Below the pieces are notes generated by a model. The model saw nothing but the letters and a program-made list of their open reading frames with translations. It searched no databases and had not been told where the DNA came from. A DNA stretch of 64,000 nt from Trichosphaerium sp. ATCC 40318. Lineage: Eukaryota > Protista > Tubulinea. Positions 38,801-51,778 of the stretch are shown here, in pieces. Numbering within the stretch: position 1 is the stretch's first letter; each line of letters starts with the position of its first letter. Position numbers and translations under genes: made by a program. The stretch is from the NCBI GenBank assembly GCA_038496445.1, contig JALMLS010000480.1, positions 62,001-126,000 on the forward strand, in the 5' to 3' direction.

Positions 38801-39395
38801 ATAAAAATTAATACAGGAATTTACAGCTTGTCGTAAAGTAGACAGTTGCTTAACCAGATCTTAAACACACTAAGAAAAAAATAAGAAAACGTGCTGTAAG
38901 CCAGAACATCTTTTGGGTCTCGGTTTAATATTATTAATTTGAAGAACTTTATAGTTCTGTCTGCTTTGGCGTATGTACCCTATATAAGACATCTTTCATA
39001 GTTTCTTCCATCAGAGGATGTTCTACCAATGAAACCGTTTCTGATCGCTGAACTGAAGCAAAGATCTTGAAATCTGACATTACTTTCTTGGATTGGTCAA
39101 CGGCCACCCTTCTTTATAATACAAGGAGTCAAGCAATAGAAAAGTGGTTGCATATGTAAGCCGCCAGAAGCTTTTTTTCATATGCGTTAAATCTACAAGT
39201 TGAGTGAAAGTGACATTATTTTAATGAGCCAATTTTTGTTTTGGCTTTCATTTTTAACCATGGTATTTAGGAAGCTACCTAAAAAACGGGGTATGTCGTG
39301 TTAACATTCTGTGAAATCGGGCATTCATAGGACTAACTACACATAAACAAAAATTGATGAGATTTCTAACCTAACAATAAGGATTTAACGCCACA

Positions 39396-39795
39396 ATGAA
39401 CACCTTTTCTTCAAAAACTATGCTATCATTGACCACTATCTTCGCTGTATTGATGTTTGTATGTCCAGTAGCAGGAAATAGCGAAGAGGAAGAAGCATGT
39501 ATTGGTAAATGGTGCTCAAAACTCTACCAAAAGGCTAACGGTGGTACTGGAACTTTTTGTTCTGATACATGGGGTTCATGCCCACAAAACTCTTATGATG
39601 ATGTACGTGCATTGTCAGGAAGTTTACAAGCTATGTATACACTTACAATTGTGCTAGTTCTATCAAATTGAAAACAAGAGAAAGTGTGGTAAACGATGCA
39701 ATCAGAGAAAGCCAAGTGCTGGAAGATGTAACCATCATGATGGCACTATGTTGTCCGATGGCCTTCCTAGGCTTCTCCGCTTTGAATGCAGATAA
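39396..39795 (+). CDS. Small secreted Cys-rich protein (2 exons)
   Basis: Signal peptide to ..VAG; CIGKWC..FCSDTWGSC..YDD|FYQIENKRKCGKRC..GRC..ECR*. Confidence 0.55.
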
Positions 39796-40089
39796 GCAAT
39801 ACGCTGTGGTAATGATGCTCGGATAATGTGATGTTTGTACTCTGAGACCACTTGTTGCGAAACCAATATTATGATTTCATCAGTTTGTCGTTTTACTTCG
39901 AGATTTCTCAGCTAAAAAAAAAATGTTATGATTGACCAATATTTTCGTTGTTAGCAGGATGGCCTAGTCAGTAAGTTTACATGCCAGTATCCATCAAAAA
40001 ACGTAGTATTACACATAACCAAAGTGAAGCTAAAAAACTGTTGACTTGAATGGGTAGTTTACGTAGGTGCTAGTAAATAGTCACTCACC

Positions 40090-40490
40090 AGAGTAGCCGA
40101 ATGATGTAAGCTGTACAAACTACTTGTTTTTACTGGTTAACATACACTGCCACGCTTTAGTGCTGATACATTCATAGCATCAAGAGGTGTGTAAAAGGGG
40201 AAACTGTATTTAAAAGAGCTCAAAGTATCTCTGGAGGGGATATTGTGGTAGGTAACCAAACTATAAATGTACAATAACATAATAGTTTGGGTTTTAAAAA
40301 CACGTGGTCTAGTGTAAATTCATACTTTCTCCGTCCAGCAAGCTTCCAATAACGTGAATCACATTTAAAACGTTGGTCAATCTGCTCGTTCTAGCAAAAT
40401 TGCCAGTTCTTATTGCAAGAATCTGCTAAACTCGAAACCAAAGTCACAAACAGCAAAAAGTTGCAAAGTTTTGCAAACTTGAATGATACA
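40090..40490. mobile_element. Partial inverted copy of the TIR element at 24695-25405
   Basis: Reverse-complement matches to 24700-25120 (e.g. gctcaaagtatctctg, ctagcaaaattgccagttct). Confidence 0.7.
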
Positions 40491-40877
40491 ATACTCAACC
40501 TGACTGGTTCGCTTTATTACCTCACGACGTGCTAAACAACCAAAGGGTTACCTTAGTCTTGCATATAGTATCTGGCACTTCACACAGTATTACGAAGGTA
40601 GACGAGGGCGGTTTTGTTTCCTGGGTTTTCTTTTGACTCTGTCAAACTTTTGTACCAGTTTGCCAGAGACGCCGTGTAAAGAGAAATCCCTGCATCTCGT
40701 CCATTGTACTTGAGGATCAGCCTGCACGTGGCTTCAAACTACGATGACTTATGTGCGAGGCAAATTCGGGAGCAAACGAACTTGTAACTTAATGCTGGTA
40801 AGCCTTGTATCCAATAAACATAACAACCTGATGCTAAAGTTCAGTTAATACTACATAACCACGACTTCAAAAGATCA

Positions 40878-43800
40878 ATGACATTTCGTTGTGGAAAGTT
40901 TGACATAAAGGAGCTTAAAATTACTTCAAATTGCGTTATTGAAGCTATAGGTACAAGTAGAAACGCTTCAATATGCTTAGGTACTTACTGATGAAGGCCT
41001 CTGCGAAAAATACGCTGTTTGTGTTACACAAGACAAAACAAACAGTTCAGCGTCTGTATTTGACGTTGTATGGGCTAATGTAACGATATATGATGCTAAG
41101 GGCGATGATTGGAGTGTTATCAATACTTTAAAGATACCAAACCAGACAAACAAAGAAAGATACACCAAAATAGTCTTTTCAAATAGTTGCGAGTCTATGG
41201 CTGTAATATCAACCTTGTGAGTTATCGTTTTCTGAAACACTTTTCAAAAAAAAAACGTTTGAATTTTACACGTGTTTTTTTGACTTTTTATTCTGATTAG
41301 GCGCGTACACATTTTGACGACGAGTGACTTTGATCCAGTGAAAGGAGTGTCTATGCTCAATGCTAAAGACTCATTGAAGTACCCTGGAACATGTGCAGCT
41401 GCTTTTTGGAAGGACGATGCCTTTATTTTTTGTAGTCAAAGTAATCCTCCAAAGATCCTTGATTTGAAATCACGTGTTTACAAGGATATCAATGTACGTT
41501 ATCACCCTCGCATTCCATACCCGTGTAAATAATACGATAATTTAGGTGCCCCTTTATGATAAAATAGTTAATAAGTTTGCACATGTTGGGATAATCGATG
41601 ATGTATTGCTTTTATCTTTATCACAAACTTGGTTATTCAACTTGAATACCCTTTCTTGTTTGAATTCGGCCATGCACGTGCTCATCCAAACTCTTTTTAA
41701 ATGTCTAATACGCATGTAGCAAATCTTACTTAAAGTTTAATGGATCCGTGCAGTGTGTTGGTAGGTTGTTTTGGATAACAGATGCTTACCAAAACCGGAT
41801 GGTTGTAAGGGTTTTTATTTGTTTCACTTCCCTTCTCTAAGTTATTTTGATAGGCTCTAAATACGAAAGGTGTTTCATGCGCAAGTGTAAATCTACCTTA
41901 TGCTGGGTCTTGTATAATGAATACTTTCAGGGAAGTCATAGTTGAACAAGATGGGTATCCGTTTATTGAACAACATGTATGTCATTATAAGCATCGTTTC
42001 TTTTTTTTTTCAAGGGTTTACTTTTAATTAGCGCCCAACAAATTGTTTTCAAGCTATGGGCACACGAATAACCTCACAGCATATTTATAAAGATGTACAC
42101 ATCTTCTTGACAGAACAAGAAAAGTACGCAATACAGAACAATAACAATAATCTTACCTTTTGTACCTTGTTCACAGAAGGTTCAATGTTGATGGTTTTTT
42201 TGGTGGCGACTTGTGTTGTGTATCTACAACTCAACTCAAACCACTCTGGTTATGGCAAGAAGTATATCTTACATCTTTTGTTGGTTTTGAAAATAAGCTG
42301 CTTTCAGTATCAACCAATAACAACGAGAGCAAACTCATTGTTATGACCTTTGACCCACAAGGTGAGTTTCTTAATTTTTTCTCGATTTCTTTTCTTGACA
42401 CAACTAACAACAAAAAAGGAACCCATGATACCCTTCGAAGACGTGATGACGTACCCTCCTATAGATTGGCAAAACCAACGCCCTTTGAACCATCCAAGTT
42501 AACAGCACTCCATCCAAACATACTTAATTTTTTCGCTGCAAACATGAGTCAATGCCCTGCTGTTACCTCTATGAAGTCTGGTATATCACCAACAGATATT
42601 GTCGAAAAACACAGCGAAGATGTATACGCTTTTCAGTTGATAGGAAAGCAATGTGCTAGGATGTTGATTCAAGAAGCTTTAAATATTGACAAGGGTCGTA
42701 AAAAGTTGAACAAAGATGGCCTTATCTTGAATGAATTTGGATTCTCAAACTTTATCAAGGTATGCCAAAATACACGCTTCAAAACAAACAGTATTTTCGT
42801 ACATACTATTTGTTTAGAGCGTGAGTGGTGATATTATTGGGAAGTTGATACATAAACTTTATGGTCTTTCTGAACACGAAGTATTAAAAGGCACTGTTGG
42901 AATGATTGTTCACTATAATATGAATGGCGACATTCAACATCCTGTACACGTTGATGACTCTGATTACACAGTGAACCTATGTTTAGGACGAACATTCACA
43001 GGTATTTTTTCAAGCTTTTTGTTAAAGTTTTTGGTACACTTCCAAACCACGTGATCAAAGTATTCGTCATCACAATCTATACTTTAAGTATTCGGTATTA
43101 CGTTCGCTTGTTGAAAGTTATAAGAGCTTTACTTCAGTAGCCTAACCCTGTTGTTTAGGTGGAGAGTTGGTTTTCTCAAAAGAAAATGAATCAGATGTTA
43201 TTGTCGGTCATAGACCTTGCTATGCTATTGTCCATCCAGGATATCGAGTGCATTCAACAACATCTTTGACTTCTGGATCTCGATTTAACTTTATTCTTTG
43301 GCTTAAAAGCTACAATTTGTCATTGAAGTTCACAGTAAGTTGTTTTTGATCTCAAGAAAACAACGTTTCAGCACAACATAAAGTTGTTCAACCTAAATGT
43401 TACGCTAATGGAGTTAATGTTCTATAGATTTTTGAAGAAATGCCATACGAGATTAGACTACAAGTAGTAGACTTTCTAGATGCATATTGTTTATGTCAGC
43501 TTGGTAGTGTGAGCAAGTACTATCGTAGAGTTTGCATGAAAAATGAGTATTGGAAACCTCTTTGGTTCAAGAACTTTCCCAAAGACAAGCTTGTGGCACC
43601 ACTAAATGGTCATGTTTATGTACCAAAGGTATTTACAAAACCTATAGAATAACCAGAAAATACAAATGAGTCTACTTAGAGTAACACCGCTTGCGGAGTA
43701 ATTTACAAATTTTCGGGCTCTAACTTTTTTTGAAGGAAGAAAATCCATTAGAGCGATCTGCTTGGTTCCAAAAACCAGTTCAACAAGGAGAAAAACTCCA

Positions 43801-44197
43801 AAATCTACCTGTACAAAGCATGCAAGTGCCATTACCAATAACAAATATGCTGGTGCGTCATTCTGCTTAATGTAAAAAAACCTTCTAATTAAGTGATTAC
43901 TAACTATTGTTTCTCAGCTAAATCATGTACTAAATCATGTACCAATTGAAGAAAGATCAGTTACAAATTGGAAGAAACAGTATAAAATATCAAAGGAGTA
44001 TAAACCGATTGAAACCCCTCCGATAATGATGAAGGCGGCAGTTGTAAGGAAAGGTATAATCCTTGCATCTTTTTTTTTTTGTTTGCTATTTAGGATTTTA
44101 AGTTTATCCACGTTTAGCTCCAAATAAATACGTAACAGCAAGTGATTTTACAACTTATTCAGTTGAAAACATGAAGAACTTTATAACATACAAGTAA
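40878..44197 (+). CDS. 2OG-Fe(II) dioxygenase - F-box fusion, copy 3 (1-nt shift in last exon)
   Basis: Intron 43335-43427 joins WLKSYNLSLKFT to IFEEMPYEIRLQVVDFLDAYCLCQLGSVSK; last exon lacks one T relative to copy 1. Confidence 0.8.
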
Positions 44198-44699
44198 TAC
44201 ATGGAATAGAGGTACAAATTGTATCCAATTTAAAGTTGAATGTAATGAATCCACTCTTTCAGGCGCACAAGTAACAAAAGATGGTATGTCTAATATCCTG
44301 AGCGCAATAACCCAATAAAGAGTAAATTACCTTGTAAGTTAAGGGAATCGTGCAGCCTTCAGCATACCACGTTCTTGAGACACCAATAACAGAATTCGCA
44401 ATAGATTTTGTTTACGAGCAAATACATTATAATGAGTGTAGTGTGCCAAAACACGTGAAGCACATCTCTCAAAAGGAACCAATCTCCAAATTGTTTAGTT
44501 TAAATTTGGACAACGTAATGTTTTTGGCTGGCAATACCCGCTAAAATAGACAGACACTGTCAAAAAGTACATGAGCATGATCCCTTTAGAGCTGAAGGTC
44601 ACAACCTTACTGTTATGACAAAGTCAAAGTATACAATAAGGTACTGAATATTACTTCGCACAAAAAATTTATGTCGTTAATATCCAGTTTATCATTGCT

Positions 44700-46450
44700 C
44701 CATGTGTCTTGGAAATTAAGATTGTTCATCGTCATCTAGATAACCATCGACATAGTGGTTCTCATCCATCAATGTGCTTGCAATGAATGTTTTGCGAGTT
44801 CCATGCGACGCCGTGTCTCCAATGCTCCTGATAGGTATGTATTTTTTGAAAGGATCAATCCGAGGGCATCTGCTAACAAAACTCAAATACCTGTACATTG
44901 TGTCCGTTTTAGTTGAGTTTTGGTATCAGGTGAAAGTGTTCGAAAAACATTGCTGATTGACCACTGTGTTTTTACCAACTAGAGTGGAGTTGTGTTTAAT
45001 GTATTGTGAATAAGCTACAGTCGTTGTGAGTGTGATACTGTTAGAGATACAAAAGGAAAGGTGTAGCCTTGTGTAGTAAAAAAAATATATTTTTGTGGAA
45101 GATTTTAAAATACTATTTTCTCCTCCTGTTATGCCTTTTCAATGTTGATACCACTAGTGTATGTCTCACTTGGAATGTTGTGTCTGTTGTGAATACCTAA
45201 GGGCTGCTAAAGGCTTTTGAGTCAGTACAATTAAAAAATAACCAATAGCACATGGGAAGCTGTCTTTGCTTGTTGGACATGATGCATAGCACAGCTAAAA
45301 GCATTTGCATGCTGTCATTGTGTTAATGAAAATGCAGTTGTGTTATTGGTACATTCAAAACCATAAACGGCAGCCATAATGTGTCAACTATTATAACACA
45401 TTAATGACTACCTGTTCTGAGAGTATGACTGCTGTTTTATGATTTGTCTTTGAGATTTTGCCTAAATATCATCTCAATTTTTATTTTGTAAAAAAAGTTA
45501 TTAACGCACTTTCTGAGGTAAGCAGGGACAAATTCAGGCCTAGTGAACCGTTTATAAACTCAAATTAAAAAATACAAAAACAGTTCATCAAACCACTCAA
45601 AAATCATGCCCACGCAAAGACAGGCGTTTGGGGTTTGAGTACAATGAACCAACTGAAGAAGTTGTGACAGGTCAGCACATTGTCAAGAATGTCAAAATAC
45701 CGTCATATACACGCTTTCATTCAAAAATGGTATGTGAGAGGGTACAGAGTTAAAGTAACATGTTCAAAAAGTAGTGAACAGCCAAACAACTTTCAATTTT
45801 GGGCAATTGGATAGCGACTTTATTGCTAGCCAAACTCCTTTCAATGATACTACAGTGTACAAGACAATTGATTGGAGCTTTTTAGATGACTATTATGGAA
45901 CAGGTGACATCAGGGGACTTTTTGCCTATAATTTGTAAAAATCACATGTAAAAACTTAACCAACTCATGGAGATATTGCACAATAATTTTGAACGCTCTA
46001 ATTATAACAGAATATGCCCAACATATAGATAATGTACAAAAATAAATTCGTAACATTTTTGTTTACTGCTAAGGACTTGGCAAATTTTTTTCCAAAAATG
46101 GGGGAAGAGCTTTTCTGCTGAATCTGAAGCAAAATCCAGTCGAGTGGATTCTCATCCTTAGTCACATATTAACCTGTGCTGCCATACCCACCAATGGATG
46201 ACATTTTGTGAGCGAAGGTCGGGTTCTTGTCCCGTGTTAAACCAAAACTGGGAATACAAAGAATCCGCTATCCACTTTGGTCCATATTTTGAAAATGTCA
46301 CCTGCTTTGATTGGACCTGACAATAACACGTCCAAATTATCATTGGGTGGCAGACACGTCTAATGAGCCAAGTTTTTTTCATTGAGTATGCCGTAAAATC
46401 CACTCGCGTAAACTATTTTTGGTTTGGTTCAAAGCTGTACTAAGCTATTA
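44700..46450 (-). mobile_element. Heavily degenerate element, possibly DNA transposon remnants
   Basis: Broken ORFs; MLLAVLCIMSNKQRQLPMCYWLF loosely MULE-like; 46184-46233 shared with the core of the 134-376 element. Confidence 0.25.
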
Positions 46451-46699
46451 CATACGAGTTTTTGAGAATACCAGCAGCACAATATCTCAGTCAGCTGAAT
46501 AAGATCAATAAATGGCAATCATCTTGTAGCATATAGGAATCCACACTCCACATCTAGGAGACCACCTTATCTACTTTGGTAGTGGTTTGTCTATTTGTAC
46601 ACAATCTTTCTACAATACTACTGCAAAGCTACCTCAACTGCATTCTTTGCTGTGGCATAATCCAAATGTTGTAGTTACGCTAGTAACCTTACATTATTG

Positions 46700-48060
46700 C
46701 TAGTCACCAAAACTTTCATTCACATAAGCTTATTTGGGTAATCGCAGACGATGGCTTTGTTTACACGTGGGGACGAAACAATCGCGAACAATTGGGTGCT
46801 AGAGGCAAAATTCGGAGTTCTATACCTATACAAATAGAGTCACTCGTAAATATCGTATGCGTAGCTGCTGGACTTAACCACAGCCTTGCACTTAGTTCAA
46901 AGGGTATTGTTTATGCATGGGGTTGTAATAACAGGGGTGAATTGGGTATAGGAGAGGGCTCAGTACCTCATTCGTCGCCAATACTTATTCCTAATTTCTA
47001 CGAAATCGTTCAAGTTTCTGCCTATGACATAAGCATGGCGTTATCACAATCAGGCTGTGTCTACTCTTGGGGAAAAAATAACGATGATGTATTGGGTCAT
47101 TCGTATGACAAGCCTTCAGTTCTATCACCGACGCGCATTCCAGGGCTTGAAAAGGTTGAAAAAATTGAAACTAACAAGAATGTAAGTGGAGCAATAACAT
47201 CAAAAGGTCAAGTCTTTCTTTGGGGATCAACAAGATACAAGCAAATAGCTACGCATTTGTTCTTGCAATCACAGAAAATTTCGTGTGTTCCAAACATCTC
47301 AGATGCCTCTGATATTGCCATTGGTTTTTGGCATGTGCTTGTTCTATGGGTGTCTTGGGTTGGGCACTGATCTAGAGTATGAGGAGGGTACAATTGAAGG
47401 GCTCAATAACATCAAATCTGTACACGCTGGCTATCATACATCATTTGCAATTGATGATGAAGGTTGTTTGTTTGGTTGGGGCAAAGGGAAATGGATTGAG
47501 GAGTTCTCATCAAACAAACCAGTAACATTACCTGGAAAATATCTTGAGTTTGCAATTAAAGATAGAAAATCCTGGGCAATAACTCGCGAGTGTACATTGG
47601 TGTCAGGTGAGGAAGCAGTACTACAATTGACAAACAATCACCAAAAGGTACTTTTTGATATGCAACTACTGTTTATTTGACAACTATTTAGCGACCTTCC
47701 AAAGAAAAAGACGACATGAAAGTAATGCATGCACAGTTCAAAGAAGACCGAAAAGAGGTGCGTACATTCTTTTTAACTATTTTGTTTTTGAAATAAACAA
47801 AACCTTATTTAGTCGCAAACACAACCTCTAAATATTGATTGGACGTCATCATTTGCAAAGTTAGATATCACAAACAAGAAAGCACAAGCATTTGGATTAT
47901 ATATGAACGCATTACGTATTAAACCCGATGACGCCATTGACCAACACGTGCTAATTGCGCTCGGGGACATTTTGATGGAAGAATTAAAAAAAGTTACTGA
48001 ACCAAAGCAAAACAATTAGTGAACTCTCTAAAAGAGCTTGCGAGGAAACAGTTGTGTTGA
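46700..48060 (+). CDS. RCC1-repeat protein, possibly pseudogenised (frame break ~47345); start uncertain
   Basis: DGFVYTWGRNNREQLG, VAAGLNHSLAL, VYAWGCNNRGELG, VHAGYHTSFAI. Confidence 0.8.
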
Positions 48061-48299
48061 TGCTGTATGAGAATTAGAATAAATTAGTATAATCATGTTA
48101 TAACGCTTTAGTTTTTCTCCATTGTTTGCTTGCTCTTACAGTTGATTTTCGTGGTTTGATACAGTGACATTAACGTTCTCCAAGACTTACACGTATTGAA
48201 GCAAGTATCACTAGTACTGTCGGTGAATGACAATAATCCCACAGAGAAAATAAACAACCACACGCCTGCTTATACTATTGCTATGAGATTGGTAGCTTC

Positions 48300-48640
48300 C
48301 GTTTTGTTTCAGTGTAAATCTATGTAGCGCAGGTTGTCCGTTTTCATGCCATTGTTTCTTTCTCCTTCTCGTTTATCATCAACTCACAACACGAAAAATG
48401 GACATTTGAATACCACACCTTGTAGTCACTATCTTTTTTACCATGAACTTTACCACTTTTAACCACTTCTTTATTACCAGGCCACCCTGTGTATGGACAC
48501 TTCTAAAGCAAGATTTGTACTCTCCATGACGCTTATCACAAACAATCTTATAACTTACAAGGCACCACAGATGAACGAAACGCGTGCTTAGTATGATCTT
48601 TTGGTACCAAACAGGTCGACTTAGGCAAACGTTCACAGAA
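48300..48640 (-). pseudogene. Degenerate F-box/MORN relic
   Basis: LSTRF..., RHGEYKSCFRS, WHENGQP fragments. Confidence 0.5.
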
Positions 48641-49195
48641 TCAAGTATATTTCGTCAAAAACCTTTCTTGAAAAAGACAAGCCATTGCATACATATACGC
48701 ATGGTTTAACAACTACTAATAAAGTGCGTTATGGCGGCTAAATACTGCATTGCACAACCAGCAATGAATTACAAATTAATACACTTTTAAAGCGTACGTT
48801 GCAAAACAGTTTGGATCATGGGCGTATTGTGAACCTCCTGATGTAATGCCTATAAACAGTACGCCAACAAAGTACTATCGCTTGCTACTGAAGTGGTGGA
48901 TGTGGACATCCAACTCTACAAATCTCGATTCCTACCACGCGTTCACCATTTTTTTAGGTGACAATCATGAATAGTGAACTTGACTTGTTAGTCGGAAATA
49001 ACTAAGTTACTTACATATTAATTAAGTATTACGTATGTAACAGAGGAGATAACAAGTGGCTGTATATAGCCTAAGTTATGGGTCGCTATAACTTTGTATC
49101 TCGGAGTGTCACGTACGGCCCGTTGAGTCTCGAAGCATTAACTGAAAATCGTTGTGTTACGTAGTTAGTTAGCAGGTCAAATAGAAAAACACAAA

Positions 49196-49722
49196 ATGAG
49201 TGCACAGCTCTTGTTTTCTACTTTTTGTCCTTGTTTATTGCATATTCACTCTCACAAAATAGCAATGCGTTTATTATTATTGAAGAAAGTGGTCAAGGGT
49301 TTGAAATACGTCTAATAGATGATCCAACATCTGTTGTACAAAGTACAACATTTTATTTCAATAGAACGATAAATTTCTACAGCCTTTTAGCATGTGATGG
49401 TCCAGATATTGGTGGTAGACCAGTTTCAATGTCTTATTTACCATCAACAGAAACATTATTTGTCATCCTTCTTCTTTAATAACCAGTGGTACTTCTTTTT
49501 TCTGTTGTTTGGTTTTTTTATTTGTACATAATTGTTTCTCTAGATATGACAGCAATCTCAGATAATCAAATTATTGTCTCTAATCTGGCAACAATAAGGT
49601 TCTTTTCTCTGGATATTTCTGCATCCACGATAACTCTGTTTACAACATCATTACCCTCACGATTTTTTGGCTTTTCTTCATTTTTTTATAGAGAGCTATG
49701 TATCAGAAGATTGTCAGAATAA
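49196..49722 (+). CDS. Putative secreted protein fragment
   Basis: Signal-like MSAQLLFSTFLSLFIAYSLS then beta-rich exons; completeness unclear. Confidence 0.35.
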
Positions 49723-49974
49723 ACAATGTATAGGTTTCACGCATCCCCACTCATATCAAGGCCCTTGCTTGTACGTATAGAAAGTATACCAGCACAGCCA
49801 ACATCTAATTTGTCATCATAATTCCATATTGCATACCAAAGATTGAATGATAGCAATAAACATTTACTTGAAGGCTACAACTTCACTTACAGCTAAACAT
49901 GTGCCACCGTGTACATATGAAATTCCGATTGTAGTAAACAACACCACACTTTATTTGTAAGTCAACATAAACTG

Positions 49975-50982
49975 TTACTTTTTACGTGATCGAGTTAAAC
50001 GTTTAACAAAATCAATTGAAATACTCTCAACAAATGTTACAGAAGGAACACCCTCCAATGCTTTTATACCAGCTTCTGTAACTTGTTTACAACTATCCAC
50101 AACAATAGTATTAACTCCAGTTAATGCTTTGATACCATCATTTGTAACACTCTCGCAATGGCACAGTTTAATAGTATGAACACCAGACAACGCTTTGATA
50201 CCATCATCTGTAACATATGGCATGCATAAGTCAATTGTATGAACACCTGCTAGTGCTTTGATACCATCATTTGTAACACTATCGCAATGCCACATTTTAA
50301 TAGTATGAACACCGGACAACGCTTTGATACCATCATCTGTAACATAGTTACAACTACATATAGAAATTGTATGAACGCCAACCAATGCCTTAACACCATT
50401 GTCTGTAACACTACAGCCACTAAGTTTAATAGAATGAACACCAGCTAGTGCTTTAATACCATCGTCTGTAACCTTTGTACAATTTCTTAAGTCAATCGTG
50501 TGAACACCAGATAACGATCTAATACCGTCATCTGTCACTAATACGGCGTTCTGTAAAAAAATCTTGTGTACTCCAGCAAGTTGTACAAGGTGATAATCAG
50601 TAACATAATAATTACAGAGGTCAATACAGTTAACAATGTTGAGGTTTGTAAAATCAACTGTTAACAACATGTCTTTTCTCCAAAACCTTAGATTGTATGC
50701 TCCTTGTAGATACTTTAAATGCTTTTGTTTGATAGAGAATTGAAGAGTAATACTATTGGTGTGTATGAGGTGTGGTAGTTTTTTGAAGAGCTTTTTCAGC
50801 TTTTTTGGTGTTTTAAGGACGATATTTCTTCTGTTTACATATCCCACGTGATTTATTGCGATATTTGATAAAAGTTTCGATGTACGAACAACTGAGTGCA
50901 TAGTTAAGAGCGAAACGTATTGTAGAATATGAACAATGACTTCAACAGGTATCTCATCAAAGAATGCGCTGTTTTGGTTCAT
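49975..50982 (-). CDS. Intronless F-box/LRR protein
   Basis: FDEIPVEVIVHILQYV F-box; ~22-aa repeats LxGVHTIxLxxCxxVTDDGIKA. Confidence 0.9.
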   Translation of the reverse strand: MNQNSAFFDEIPVEVIVHILQYVSLLTMHSVVRTSKLLSNIAINHVGYVNRRNIVLKTPKKLKKLFKKLPHLIHTNSITLQFSIKQKHLKYLQGAYNLRFWRKDMLLTVDFTNLNIVNCIDLCNYYVTDYHLVQLAGVHKIFLQNAVLVTDDGIRSLSGVHTIDLRNCTKVTDDGIKALAGVHSIKLSGCSVTDNGVKALVGVHTISICSCNYVTDDGIKALSGVHTIKMWHCDSVTNDGIKALAGVHTIDLCMPYVTDDGIKALSGVHTIKLCHCESVTNDGIKALTGVNTIVVDSCKQVTEAGIKALEGVPSVTFVESISIDFVKRLTRSRKK

Positions 50983-51778
50983 TTTTTCTGTGTACTAGCG
51001 AGAAGTAGTTTCAAAGCTAACGCTAAACGGTTTTAGGTAAACTTAAGCATGAGATCGTATTTTTTGTGTTAAGTCTAACCGCTGTACTTGATTTACAACA
51101 CAACTATTGTCTGTCGCAAGCAAGTTTGGAGAAAACCAAGACTGCACGCCTGCCTTAAAATCATCGTTGCCTTGTTGCAATGGCTAAGCTCAACACGTGA
51201 AATAGATAACGCGAAAACTAGGTAAAAAGTGCAACATTGCAAATGCCCCGTGGGGATAATTACTGGACTTTACCTTCTGGTGCATAACAAGGTTATATTA
51301 ACCTTGACCAACGATGTGGTAATGCCTAGATACAGATGTTAGCACGTGTTGTGGTTGGATATGTAAGGAACAGTTGTCACCTAGTGTTCCTGCTGAAATA
51401 AAAGTGGCTACTTGTTTTGAAGTTCAACCGTCAGTTTGTATAAGTCACATGATATTGTGTAGATTGACGCATATACAAGTCAGTAAAACCGAAGAAAATT
51501 TGTTTAGAGGATAAACGTATTCTATTGTTCTATTCAGGTATGCAAAAAGTTGAATTCGCCTTGCTTCTGTGTTTCAGATGAAGACAACGTAAATCTCGAT
51601 GCCATGTACAATATCAGAAATCTCAAAACGATTGATACTTTATTGCTCAGATATACCCTAAAGACAGCTTGTTGTTCAAACATAAGGGATCCCGCTAAAA
51701 TTGCCACATATTTTAAGTTTACTTTATAAGACTTTAAATGGGCTGGTACCCTTAAACTTGGCGTATACAGACACAATT

